This document shows positions 36,197 through 48,700 of a DNA stretch of 64,000 nt, one piece after another. The DNA lies in contig CAJINV010000002.1 in assembly GCA_905178155.1 (NCBI GenBank), positions 7,532,743 through 7,596,742 on the forward strand, given 5' to 3'. Both the position numbers and the translations under genes were made by a program. The notes under the pieces were generated by a model. The model was not told the DNA's origin and did not search any database. It was given only the letters and a program-made list of their open reading frames with translations. Numbering within the stretch: position 1 is the first letter of the stretch; every line of letters begins with the position of its first letter. This DNA is from Amoebophrya sp. A120 (Eukaryota; Protista; Dinoflagellata).

Positions 36197-38684
36197 CTAC
36201 ACGACATGAAAAAACGGTCTCCTCGGTTCCACCCCGTACTCTTCCATCTTACCAGCTCCATAACTACCGGTCGGCGAGGATAAAACAGGTGATTTGTTCG
36301 GAGAAAAGTTGCTTTCTCCTCCACCGTCTACACCCCCTAACACATCGCTATCATCCTCCACGACGTAGATTCGCTTCGCATACCAAGGGGAAAAACACAG
36401 GAAAGGGGAAAAATTCAAAATTTTGCCATGCCTCATTTTTGAAAGAGGTGAGAACCAAACGCATGCGCATGGCTTTGGTGATTTGCGGCGAAATCGCAAA
36501 CGCCACAAAACCGCTTGCGGCGTATCAAAAGACACAATACGCAGAAGGCCTGCCCCCGGGCCTGTCTACAATTTGAAAACGCCCGCGCTTCGTTTTAACA
36601 TCACTGCCGGGCCCCAGGCGGCGCCGGGCTCCGGGTCAGGGGGCCGGCGCCATTTCCCGAAGCCCCAGGCAATGCCCAACACGAGCAGAATCTGGCCCGG
36701 GCGCTACCGCTTGGGGTGGCCAAAAATCTGGCCCGGTCCGGCTCAAATAAGGCCCGCCAACCCCCGGGCCCTTCGCGCCAATTCGGAAAAGAAAAATAAA
36801 CGTGACGGCCAGGTCTTTGGGGCCTTTCAGCCATTTTGCCGGCGTTGCCTCGGGCGGGTTCGTGTTCGGCAGAAAAGTGGGCGCCCCACTTCCGGCACGA
36901 ACGCGGCGAGCAAAAATTGGGGCGCAAAAATATTGGCGACGATGTGCCGATCTCGCGGAGAGTGGATGGCTGCGCTTTGCTGGAACTCAACAGGCAGAAG
37001 CGCCGCCGATAGGAGATCGCGCCGGGCCATCGGACCGGTGGGCCCGGCCATCCCTGTGCCACTAGATTTCTGAAGGGGGCTGCCTTTGCAACATACAAAA
37101 ATTTTGAATTTTTCCCCTTTCCTGTGTTTTTCCACTTGGTATCGCACTCAGTGCCTCCATCGCCTTGGCGCACTCGTCCCGGGACATGAACGACCTCTTT
37201 CCGGTATTGTAAGGAAAAATCCCCCCTCCCCATATTGAAAAGGTATGTTTCCGAAAATTTGTGTTGCTGATTTGAGACCACAAATCGCGTCTGTCTTGCA
37301 AGAAGGCAAGTGTAGAGGCTTCCGCGCCATTGTGGAAGCGCTTTGGCATGCTGTTGCGCCTAGGGGACAGCCGTTTGCAATGCTAAGCAACTAGACCCAA
37401 ACGCCCCTACCTAGGCCGAAGATCTGGCTGCGCTGCCTTACTGCAAGACAAATCGGATTTGTGTACGCAAATCCAGCATCAGAAATTTCGTTTTGATATG
37501 GGGAGGGGGGATTTTTCCTGTTGATATCCGGATTCGATCATGTGCGAGTACAGCCCCGAGACGGACTGCAAGGCTAGTTTCCGCTCTTCCCCGTCCATCA
37601 TGCGGACCGGCCCGAGGAGTTTGTTTCCGTTCGGGATCTTTTTCTCGAACTTGTGCAGGCCGTTGTGGAGGTCGTTTCTGTAGTCCCCGTAGTGGAGCAC
37701 CTTGGCAGACGGGTTCCAGGAGGTAGGGTAGTTGTTGTCGGATTTTATATATCTGTTACTTCTGGGGCTACTGCCGGAGGATGGTCCGTAGCCGTTCCCG
37801 TGGGACCCGTAAGTCGGGGACGAACAAGCTCCTCCCGCCCGATGTACGACTGTTGGCGACTGCCCTTTACCTGCTCCGGGGGTGTAGAACTGGTTCTTGT
37901 AGTGGTCACGGTCAGAATGAAGATGATGATCTCTATTGTGTTTATCCTGCATGAACCGGTCCAAAGCGTCGACGTTTCTCCCGTCCCGCCCGTCTGCGTA
38001 GTCTTCCACGCCGGCGATTTTGGTGTCGTAGCTGCGGAACTGCGGGCGGTTCGGCCGGGTTTTCACCGTTATCGGACTCTGGAGGTGGACCACGGAATTC
38101 ATCTCTCCTTCGTGGTTTTGTCTAGTGCCATGAGCAGTTGTTCTCTTGTGACCATGTGCAGGACTAACCGATGGCGGTGTGCGCGGTGTCATGAATGGGC
38201 CGAGGTTTAGCTGCGGATCCTGCTGTTCATCCTCGTTTTTGAATCCAAACTGTAAATCCTCATCCTGCACTGCCGCGCCCCGTCCTCCCGGGCTTCGGCC
38301 CCGGTGCTGCTTGTGGGAGGTGATCGGCCTGGCGTGCGCAGGAGATACTGGCGCAGCTGCTCCGGAATCGCTCTTATTTCTATTTGCTCTCGGTCTCGAC
38401 GCAGGCGAAGCCGGCGACCGTGCTGGACTGTTGTTCCTGTGAATGTGCGAGTTCACCACTTGATGCATCAAGAGTCTTTCGGCTGGACTTCGTGGCGTCT
38501 CCGCAACCGCGATCGGATCCCCGCGAAATTCTGCATCCGCGGCTGGTCTGACCAGCCCGCGGCTCTGCGGCGAGAGCTGGCCTCTATTCAAAGCTTTCAC
38601 GCGGTCATAGTGCAGGATCCGGTGATTCAAATCCGACACCGGATGCCAGGGACGGTTCGCAGGACTGTGCTGGCAGAGCGGCAT
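36197..38684 (-). CDS. Unknown Ser/Pro-rich protein, 3 exons (~464 aa), both introns are introners
   Basis: join(37532..38684,37147..37204,36197..36380) = 1395 nt. Junctions MIESG|KRSF and EALSA|KRIY; the latter is confirmed by the empty-site duplicate. Confidence 0.8.
36381..37141. mobile_element. TIR introner family C, 761 bp, TSD TCGCA
   Basis: 44-bp TIR TACCAAG(G/T)GGAAAAACACAGGAAAGGGGAAAAATTCAAAATTTT with one mismatch. TCGCA at 36376-36380 and 37142-37146. Single TCGCA at the empty site (35531-35535). Confidence 0.96.
37205..37526. mobile_element. TIR introner family B copy 2, 322 bp, TSD TCCGG
   Basis: Left TATTGTAAGGAAAAATCCCCCCTCCCCATAT; right ATATGGGGAGGGGGGATTTTTCCTGTTGATA. TCCGG at 37200-37204 and 37527-37531. 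Confidence 0.95.
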
Positions 38685-40149
38685 GATAGATAAGCTTTAT
38701 TACCGCTTTTGGTTGTTCGGATCTGAGAGTCTGGTTTATTCTTCTGTAGATCGTAAAAGAGGGATACTCAGTGGAGGTGAGGAGAGGAGACGAGGTTCCT
38801 CATACGACTTCAAACTGCTTCCTGGATCAATTTGATATGACAAAAAAATTTATGAAGACAGAAAAAAAGACGCTCAAAAATCCTACTGCAGATACAGACA
38901 GGAGAAGCAAGAACCACTTCACAACTTAAATCTTTTTGCTTGGACGGAAATAACAGAAAAATACGCTCATGGACGATACGAAGTATTGCTGTACGAGTCG
39001 AAAAAGCAAGAAAAAAACGAAACCGATTACGATAGACGTTCTTTGAAACAAATCCTGTCGCGTGCCATTCTCGAAGCAACGAAAAAAATAAAAAAACAAA
39101 TGCCGATGGTTGATATGCTGACGCAACATTTACTACAGAAAAAAAAAAACGATGACATACTTAACCTTGAAGAGCGTGAGGGAGCAACACGGGAAAACGG
39201 AGAATAAAACAAAAAGCCCTTAAGTAGGTTCTTGCTTTTGCCTCTCGAAGACATCATTCAGTTTGCTCGGTTGGGAACAACGAAGTTGAAGTCCAGCATG
39301 TCGTGTGGCTGCTAAAAAATGTAGGCTCGGCTCCGAAAGCCAAAGTGTTCTACTTTTCTAACTCTTGTGGATGAAGAAAGTATCATGATTGTATAGGTTC
39401 TTCTTTTTGTTCAAGCACAAGGGAAGGACACTGCCTGAATCATGGTTTTTCATAGTGTCGTCCCTGCTGATGACGTGTTTCGCGATCTACAATGATGCAT
39501 TTCACCGTGGCCGTACATCAAAAATAAATCTGAACCTACCAGAGCGAAGTTACTGATACATTCTTCTTCACGTATAATGGTTTACAAAATTGTAAATTGC
39601 TTTAGCATTTTCGATGCTGCTGTTGCAGATGCAGTTGAAGTTGAATTGCAGTTGGCTAAAATAGGCACGTCCACCTACTACTCATCTCTTACTCAATGAG
39701 CACTGTATTTTCTCCAGATGAATATGACGCCCTCGCCACCTTAGCAACATTGCAAAACTGAATGAACAAAAGTTAATTTTCCAAAGGAAATAGGTCTCAA
39801 ATTGTTTGCATATCTGCGGCTCTTCCTATTTGTGCATTGAATGGAGCGCCATCTTCGGTTGCGCACAGGAGTCATACATGATTTTGTGACTTTTACATGA
39901 TTTCGCGACTTTTTGTTTTCCCCCTTGTTAGCTCGTCGCCGTCCCTAAAGATTCATACATAGTCGGCGCCGGTGTTGGGCCCTTTCCCGCGGCCCTGGGA
40001 ACAGTAGCCACCAATAACCCCGCAGGTATGGGAGCAAAATCCTGAATCAACATTACTGATTACGGATGACCCGATAAAAATATGGGGATGTTGTCTTGAT
40101 AAGCTGCTGCTAGCCTACCCTGGATCAAGATCATCTAGCTCGGTATGTA

Positions 40150-41631
40150 ACTACATACCGCATCAACAGCCATGCTTAGTATATTGCTGCAGCTGCGGAT
40201 CCTGACCCCCTTGAAAAACAGGGCTCCTTCAGGATCAAAATTGCAAAACAAAACCAAAAAGATCGATGCGCGGTCACCCTCAAGTACAAGGTGCTCCCAT
40301 ATTCTTATGCAAAAACTGGACTTCTTGTTTTTCAAATCAAAGGGTATAGACTATCTGGTCACGTCAACATCAAACTGAGACAGCTCGGGTAGTCCGTTAT
40401 CGTGGTTGAGTCAAGATTTTCAATCATCTGCGCCGTGGATACGCTAAGGTCATACCGTAGATCCCGAAACAGCGAAGGCCCAGATCCAATCCGCCCACAC
40501 CCGGATAGTCAGCGCCCATGGCGCGCAGCCCGTTCACGGTACGCGACAGGCGAATGGCATCGCACATGAAGGCAGTCACCGTACAGGACAAGAGAATCAA
40601 CAAGTAGATCTTGTTCTTCGTGGAGGAGCCGAATCTTTCCACTGAACAGCAGGGACAACACCCCCAGCCAACCAAAAAAAGAAATCCTGTGCAAAAGCAC
40701 CACACGCGCACCCGCACGCCCACGCGTATACTTAGCTGTCATGCATTACGAATCAAAATTAGCTTTGTTACTGCTTCTGAATTTCAATTTTGGAATTCGA
40801 CGCAGTATGTATAAATGTGAGCTCATCCTTCTTTTTGAAAATCTTGCAATGCAATTGTACTAAGTACGCTAGCGATACTTTTGCAATTACGTAAAAGAAA
40901 CGGCAACGCAATGATGAGCGTCCAACACACCGCACACGTCAGGGGCCACGAATCGTGTTCTTTCAGCGTGTTGTAGTATTGCGTCAACGACTGACACCCA
41001 CCCCAACTCGTTTTCGGGTCAATGCGAATAACGCCAGGCCCAGCGACGAGACGCGTTTCGGGCTTCAGCGGGTTGCTAGCTTTATCCGTAGAGAGCCCGA
41101 TAACGAACTGCACAAACTCCCAGATCGCGGCGACCAAAGTGAACCAAGAGGCAAACCGCAGGACGCAGTGGGCCCAGAAGTATCCGATGGAAAAGTAGGA
41201 TGGCCAACTACAGCTATAACATCACCTTCTACTAACTCCCTATCCCACACAACTACAACGATGAGCATCAACATGCTATTGCAATTGCTACAGCACGTTC
41301 ACGACTTTCCCGCCACTATATGAGTAATAGTAGATCGTACCTGCGCTGTCAGCTACGAGCACGCTCTGTCATTCGAACAAAAGCATCAAATCGGGCAAGA
41401 AGTCGAGATCATGCAAAAATGACAGGGCAAATCAATTCTTGAAGGTGATGGTTGTAGCTGTGTAGTTCATTATAGTGCTTTTCCATTGCTTAAAATGTAG
41501 TCCGTGTCGACGATGATAACCGCAGTGGGCTGCACGGCGTTGTAGTACGCCGGCGGCGGAGCATTTCGATAGATGATGACAGTTTTCTCCGCCGCACTGT
41601 CGCGGGAGCCGCCCTGTTTCGAGGTACTCAT
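40150..41631 (-). CDS. Putative multi-exon membrane protein (structure unresolved)
   Basis: ATG at 41631 (MSTSKQGG...PPPAYYNAV). Hydrophobic coding-like pieces FASWFTLVAAIWEFVQFVIG, WPLTCAVCWTLIIALPFLL and KNKIYLLILLSCTVTAFMCD are separated by AT-rich gaps with GT/AG sites. Confidence 0.45.
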
Positions 41632-43129
41632 CTGGATCTAGTTTTACGTATGTTTATTTCGTTGTTATTTTCTTAGTTACACCTTCTTAAACGTGATCTG
41701 GAGCCGCACGTCGGCCTGTTTTGTGCTAAACAAATTCCAGCGGAAAATAAAATCCCTTTCGATGGATGGCCGTTGCGCAAGTTTGAGCTATTTGATGAAA
41801 AAAGCTAAGTTTGAGGAAGATGCCCTACAATTTAGATATGACCCCTGAAATGTTGTCAGTAACCACGGAACTTAAGTTCTGGTAACCTAAACCTTGTAAC
41901 CGCAAATAAAAACTGTTTCCTGTACCTGCAGTGTGATGCATTTGCATACATGCATCATGACCGAAGAATAGCAATAGTGCCTAGGAGAGACCGATCATGA
42001 AACAAAAACAGCTGACCGAGTTCTCAAGGGCAAGGGCTTCTTGATGGTCCTTAAGACTGATCCAACTACGTAGACAAACACCTATGGCAAAAAGTAGAGC
42101 GATCTGAGACTCTTGGTGGACAGAAAAAGATTATCAAGCTGTGTCGTGTGGCTTCCCCACGAAGTAGATCCTCTCTGACAGTTTCTTTCCGATGTACCGA
42201 AGAGCAGAGGATGAAGTAATCCTGAGCTGCAACGAACCGACTAGGAATAGTTGTGTCGTCGTGGTTGTTCCACTGATTGTAGTCATACTTACGACTGGGA
42301 CTGGAACCGAACTGGGCGTGTCCTCGCGAGCTAAAAACGCTGCACGGCCCACTGTGGCCGGAGCGACCTGGTCAGATAGTACTACATCACACACAGGGAA
42401 CATACATCGGCATCGGTGTCAGAAGTGCCTACTAATGGCCTCTTCAGCAACAGAATCTAGTTCAGAGTGGTATTTTTGCTTCTTGTTTTCTGTTTCTTCT
42501 ACTGATGTTTGTGTTTCTGGGAGATGATGAAAGAACCGTCTGCAGTTGCCTGCGATAAAGATGAACCCTCGACATTTTTGGTCTTTTTTCTACGTGTACG
42601 TTGTTCCTTAGGGATACTAAATAACGACGACCGTGGTAAGTACTGGGCGACTACGCTCCAGGCCAACATAGACTCAAATTCTGTAGGACCGGCAAGTCAC
42701 CATGGTAGCCTCGTGGGTTTCTTCAAGTGAAAGTGAAACAGGGATGATTGAAAGTAGAACGAGATGAATGGAAATTGTGCACCATCTTATGGGCTTTCGT
42801 AATGAGTATAATTACGGACGGTAATGCAACTAGTTGCTATGCAAAATATACGAATTATGTAGAAGTTTCGTGAATTCTTGAATATAAAAGTGAAAAACCC
42901 GCCTAAATTAGGAACGAATAAAAACTGACTGGCTCCATTTTTTACGACTGAGGTGCACAGAAGGCAGGACGACGCACTGCATCTTCAATTTATGCAATCT
43001 GAATTTCTGATAAGCGTGAAATCGTCCGTTTGCAGGCCCCGGATCTCCACGAACTTTAGTCTCAGCCAGCAGGTTAAAACCAAAACGCTGCCCAAAAACC
43101 TCCCGGTAATATGAGATAATTGCAATTGC

Positions 43130-44692
43130 TCACACTATGTCGTCGCCTGCAGGCTGCTTTGTTTGTGCTTCGACGTCGACATGATTGGGGTCGTTTTCTT
43201 TTCGACTTCCGGACTTTGAATTCGTTATGCTGGTTCTACTGTTTTTCGTCTTTTTCTCGGCGCGGCTGTCCCTTTCTGCTACACCACCTTGCACGATGTC
43301 TCCCTCCGCGACAACGCCGGTCATCGGTGAAGATGCAGCTGCACTTCTCGCGTCGGCAATGGTGTAGGTGCCTGCGTCTGGTTTCAGCCCCGGTGCCGCA
43401 GGGAGGTTTTTCGCCGCGGCCGGGTCCCTTTGCAGGTCCCCCGCACTTATTTTAGGGGAGGTGCACAACAAGCCAACCACCCCAACTAGGATTGCCACAA
43501 CAGCGAGAAACCAAATGGTGTCGTGCTCCACGATTCCGAAAAGCGGGGTATCCGTGTGAAAAAGCGGCGACTTCTGGTCGTCGCTCATCAGAGAGAGGGC
43601 CGTCGACCAGCGAACGCCGTGAAAAAAACAGGACATGCCGGCCAGACCCACAGTGGCGCCGACCAGCATGGCGGAGCCGCAGGACCGGCGTGGCTCCCGG
43701 ACTTTCATGCAGCAGGTCCAGCCCGAAAACATCAAGGTGGTCGCCAGCGCAGCCTCCACGAAGAAAAGCATCATGGTGTAAACGAGAAGGCCCGACGCCA
43801 CGTTGAAGGTTCGCTCCTCGAAACCCGGCGGGGGTTGCTGTGTCGGGTCCAGTAGCATGACCGGCTGCCAGTTGCCGAGGGTGCAGAGCCAGGCAAACAT
43901 GGCGTGGGCGTCGAAGTAAGCACTGCCTTCGTCGAGGATGGGAACGCCGTTCAAAACTGAGATTTTCGCGTCCGCCGACCAGCGAAATGCGAGCCCTCGT
44001 TGGACCGCACCCCACGCTCTGGTGGAAATAGAATACGTGCGGACGTCCTCCTCGGTCAAGACCTTCACAAACTCGTTGTAGGGAGACCGGCGTCCCTTGA
44101 GCGGGTGCTCCGTCGCGGCGCCGTACACAAAGTGGTCGAACTCGTACGCACAGCGGATGTACATCACGATGGACGCTGAGAAGAGCACCCAGTGGGGCCA
44201 CCGGGCGCTTCTCGGCTCGCAGCTGCAGGAGCAGTCCCGATCCTCTTGCTCCTTGTTCTGCAACGCCTGCGCCGCTCGAGTAGCAGGCTTGTTCGGGGGG
44301 GTCTTTACCGCGCCAGGTGCCCCTGCCGTGGGAGGAAGTCCAGCAACGTTGGCGGTTGTCGTCTCAACATCCTCGGCAGTTTGCACTTCGATCAGCTTGC
44401 CGTCACCCACAAAAATTCCCGTCGAAAGTGGACCTTTGATGGACATATTGTCATTGCTAGCTCTAGACTGCCGGCTGGGCCGCGCTGCGAAAAAGTCGGC
44501 CGGCTTCAGCGAGTCGCTAATCAATCCGGCTGCAGCAGATTCGCCCTGTTGCTGTTGACTCGTCGGCACCACGTCATAAGTGGCTGGCTGCGCGGAGTTG
44601 GAGGTGCGGGGAGCATGGCCGCTACCACGACTGCTGCGCAACGCGCCGCCGGCGGGATCCACCGCTTTCGAACTGCGCGAAAGAGCGTCCAT
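43130..44692 (-). CDS. Unknown multi-pass membrane protein (~520 aa), single exon
   Basis: Long ORF with about four hydrophobic segments and low-complexity termini; first ATG at 44692. Confidence 0.75.
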   Translation of the reverse strand: MDALSRSSKAVDPAGGALRSSRGSGHAPRTSNSAQPATYDVVPTSQQQQGESAAAGLISDSLKPADFFAARPSRQSRASNDNMSIKGPLSTGIFVGDGKLIEVQTAEDVETTTANVAGLPPTAGAPGAVKTPPNKPATRAAQALQNKEQEDRDCSCSCEPRSARWPHWVLFSASIVMYIRCAYEFDHFVYGAATEHPLKGRRSPYNEFVKVLTEEDVRTYSISTRAWGAVQRGLAFRWSADAKISVLNGVPILDEGSAYFDAHAMFAWLCTLGNWQPVMLLDPTQQPPPGFEERTFNVASGLLVYTMMLFFVEAALATTLMFSGWTCCMKVREPRRSCGSAMLVGATVGLAGMSCFFHGVRWSTALSLMSDDQKSPLFHTDTPLFGIVEHDTIWFLAVVAILVGVVGLLCTSPKISAGDLQRDPAAAKNLPAAPGLKPDAGTYTIADARSAAASSPMTGVVAEGDIVQGGVAERDSRAEKKTKNSRTSITNSKSGSRKENDPNHVDVEAQTKQPAGDDIV

Positions 44693-45701
44693 GTATTGTC
44701 GATTCTTGTTTAAAAGCCAAAGGGAAGAGGGGGCCGCCAAGGCCTTTACACAACGAAAAAGAAGCCGACCTCCAATCAACGACGAGACAATGCCACTTCA
44801 CAAAAACCTTCTTGGTGACGCGGCGGCTGCTTTGCGACGTCACATAGATTTGAATTCTCTTTGGTGTTGGTGTTGCAGTTGCAGAAGCCGAGGATAATGA
44901 GGCGGGTAATCAAATTTTAATTTTACTCCTTCCTATGTATGCACCATGGGGCTGTGAAAGTGTATGTGATTGCCATTGTGATTCTCGTGAAAGGAAAATA
45001 AACTTGGAAGAGCAAGAACTACAGACGACTAGTAGAAACAGAAGATTTTCCGACAGCAAGCTGGAGTGCGGAATTATAATCATGTGGACGAGTACCGAGA
45101 GATGACCGAAGACACACACGCCTTCGCCTCAAAACAGTTTAAATTATCATGAAAAGGTACGTAAATCTCTTCAGATGACGATGACGAACGATTCAATCTT
45201 TACGCACGGTTGACCGACAAACCATATTCGCTTTTCTGTTTTCAGACTGAACGACTCTTGCATGTTGATACACTTTTCTGCACTAAAGTAAAAGCCGAGG
45301 TTCCTTTTGTGTCTTGGAGACGAAACTACAACTGCTACACGTTGTCTATGGAGCTCTGTCTAGTACCACGAACGGTGGCAGAAGCTTTAACGAAGAAGGG
45401 ACTACGAGTACGGCGGCCACTGCTCGACCACGAGGAAAGTGATTTATTTCAGATTTAGGCGGAAGTATTCGAGATGAACAAACTGAAAATACTTTAAAAG
45501 GACATCTTTGTTGAGTTTGAGCTGGCAAACCGAAAACTCAGGGCAAAAAGAACATGGTGAAGAGGACAGGGTGTTCTTGTCAGATTGAAGCAGATCGCTC
45601 GGCCGCTCATGAGACGTGTGCATTCTTTATTTGAGTTGAGAAAGCCAAAGAAAGGCCCCCCTGCTACAAGAACTTGCTTAAGCACATCATCTGTATACGA
45701 T

Positions 45702-48700
45702 TTATCGGTTTCGCAATTCGAATTGTTCGTAGAACCGCACGGCTTCCATCGAAGTCCGCGGTTTGGCTTCAGCAAGAGCCTCTCGCAGATGAATTTTCTT
45801 CAGTTCCGGGCCCTTGGCTGCAAGAGCCGTAGAACCATTTGGAGACTTATTTGACGTAGTCGCTGCACGCATCCGCTGTTGGTACCCGCTGATGGCCTCG
45901 CGCACGGCTCGCAGGGACGCTTCCTTCACCAAATTCACGATTTCTGCGCCACTGAAGCCCTCAGTCTTGTCGCTCAACTCTTCGAGGAGGCACAGGTAAA
46001 AATCTTTACGCTTTCTTACTGGCCCGTTCGTCGTGTCCAAATCCTTCTTCACGAAGTCCACAGCACGCTTCCTTTGCGTTTTTGACGTATTCGTGTTCGC
46101 GTGACGTTTATTTCCGTCTCGTTCCCCCACCTCTCGGGCCGTTTTGAATTTCCTCGTTCTGCGTTTCGGCTTGAAAAGTAGAGTTTTTGATGCTTTATGG
46201 CTATTGTTCGCCGCGTCGGTTGCGAGCTCCAGCTTTTTTAACTTTGCTATGGGAGGTTCCTCATCTTCCTCTTTCACGACTTGAGGCCGGGGCTTTGGCT
46301 CCTCGGTCTCGGACCCGCGTGCTGCACCGTCCTCGGATGAAGATTCGGTCTCGCTCTCGGAAGTTTCCTCCGACTCCGATTCGGAAGAAGTGGAAGACTT
46401 GGAGACAAACGAGGTCGGGGAAGTACTAGCAGCTGGCGCTGGCGCAGGTGCACCAGCACTAGCAGGACCTGCAAAAGCATCAACACGACTGGTAGCTCCT
46501 CCTTCCATATTTTCAGCACTACCCGCGTCCCCTTCGCTTTCAAGTATCCCCACTTCCAAGTGTTTCACTTTCAGCAGGCAATTTCGCAGAATATCCTTCC
46601 GTGCGGCCAAATCGGGTAGCGACACGTACAACAGCCGATCGAAGCGGCCCGGGCGCATGATGGCAGAATCTAACGCTTCCGGTCGATTGGTCGCCGCCAT
46701 GATGATCAGTTCCTGCTTCAACCCGACGCCGTCCATCTCGTTCAGTAGTTGGGACAACACGCGCGCGTTCACGTCGTTCCCCGAACCACCGCCGCCGTTG
46801 CCCCGCGACCCCGCCATGGAATCGATCTCGTCGAAGAAGATCACGCAGGGCTGCGCTTGCCGCGCTTTGCGGAAGATGTCGCGGACCTGGCGCTCGGACT
46901 CACCTACATACTTGTTGAACAGTTCGGGGCCCTTGATGCTGATGAAATTCATCTTGGACTCCGTCGCCACGGCCTTGGCCATCATGGTTTTCGAGCACCC
47001 GGGCGGGCCGTACAGCAGAATCCCCTTGGGCGGCGTCAGGTCCAGCTTGGCGAACAGGTCCTTGTGCAAGAAGGGCCACTCCACCGACTGCTGGAGCTTT
47101 TGCTTCAGGTCCGCGTACCCGCCAATCATGTGCCACTTCACCTTCGGAATTTCGATCTGCAGTTCCTTCAGCGCGGACGGCTTCACCTTGTTCTGCAAGG
47201 CGAAATTGAATAGGTCGAGGAGAGACTTTATTTTGGACGATGATTGTTCTCTCGTCGCACGACCTGCTGCTGTTCTTTCATTTTCCTCCTGGATTCTCAT
47301 CAGCGCAACGGCGTTGCACAGACCCTGCAAATCCGCACCGACAAAGCCGTGTGCGTCGTCAGCTATTTGTCGCAGGTCCTGTTCGGACAGAAGTTCTTGA
47401 TCTTGTCCTCCGCGGCCGTCGGGAGAAATTAAAACATGCGGGTTTTGCTGCTTTGCGGTGTTGTTCTGGTTCTCCTTCTCCAGCATGTTCATCTTTCTCG
47501 TCATGATCTTCAAAATCTCGAACCTCGCTTCGCTGTTCGGCGCGCCCACTTCCAGCTCCCGGTCCAGCCGGCCGGGCCTGCGCAACGCCGGATCGAGGGC
47601 GTTCGGTCGGTTCGTCGCTGCAAGAAGAACCAGGCCTCCCTGCTGTGCTGCAATTGTTCTGTTGCCGGAGAAAGCAGTTGCTGGGTCATTTTTGCCTTTC
47701 TTCGCTCCGATGCCGTCCAGCAAAGTCAAGAACGTCGCCACAATCCTGCGCTCCGACTCCCCCACCGAGTCCTCGCGTTTTGGACACAGTGCGTCGATCT
47801 CGTCGATGAAAATCAGACACCCGCGCTTCCGTCTTCGACGTAGTTCTGCTGGTTCTTGGGGGAGCCTATTAGTCGCACCCGCCGCTCCACCATACGTCGA
47901 TGCAGGAGATGATGAAGTTGTGATCTCTTCTATCTCTTCGTTCGCCAATTCTTGGCAGCGGTCGAAAATGTCCACGATTTTCTTTTCGGTCTCTCCGGAG
48001 TACTGGCTGGCCAGGTCGCTCGCCTCTACCATCTCGCAATGGCAGTTCAGCTCTTCCGACAAGGCCTTCGCCAACAGGGTCTTGCCTGTGCCGGGCGGCC
48101 CGTACAACAGTACGCCCTTCGGGGTTTGCAGCCCGTACTGCGCGTAGACTTGTGGGTTCTGCAGCGGGTTCTTGATCAGCGTCGTCAGCTGGTCGATGAT
48201 CGGCCGCAAACCGCCGACTTGGGCTATCGTAAGGAAACATCCCCCCTCCCCATATCAAAAACGTATCCGTCTGAAAATTTGTGATGCACATTTGTGACCT
48301 CAAATCCTGTCTGTCTTGCAAGAAGGCAAGTCCAGAAAGCGTCCCGCATTTTGCAGGCGGTTTGTGATGCTGTTTGGCTTAGAGCATACACGTTTGCCAT
48401 GGTAGGCGCCTACGTCAAAACGTCTCGACTGAGGCTTGACATATGCCAGCACTCCTCCAGAGCAAGACAAATTTGACTTGTGTATGGAAATCCAGCATCA
48501 GAAACTTGGTTTCGATATGGGGAGGGGGGATTTTTCCTTTTGATATGGGCGAAGCCGGCGGTAGTTGGCTTCTGGTGATGGTGTCCTGGTGCCGTTGCTG
48601 CCGTATTTGCAGCGGTAGCGTCAGGGGTGCTGGAAGAGCTGTTGCTAGTCGCGTGAGTGGGTCCTCGTGCCTGTGGATCGTCGGAAGGTGCTGGCACTGT

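Noticed and set aside
36423-37073. 216-aa and 226-aa ORFs inside the 761-bp element as a transposase
   Set aside because: Arg/Pro/Gly-rich ORFs explained by GC content; no DDE or HTH features. No autonomous transposase is visible in this window.
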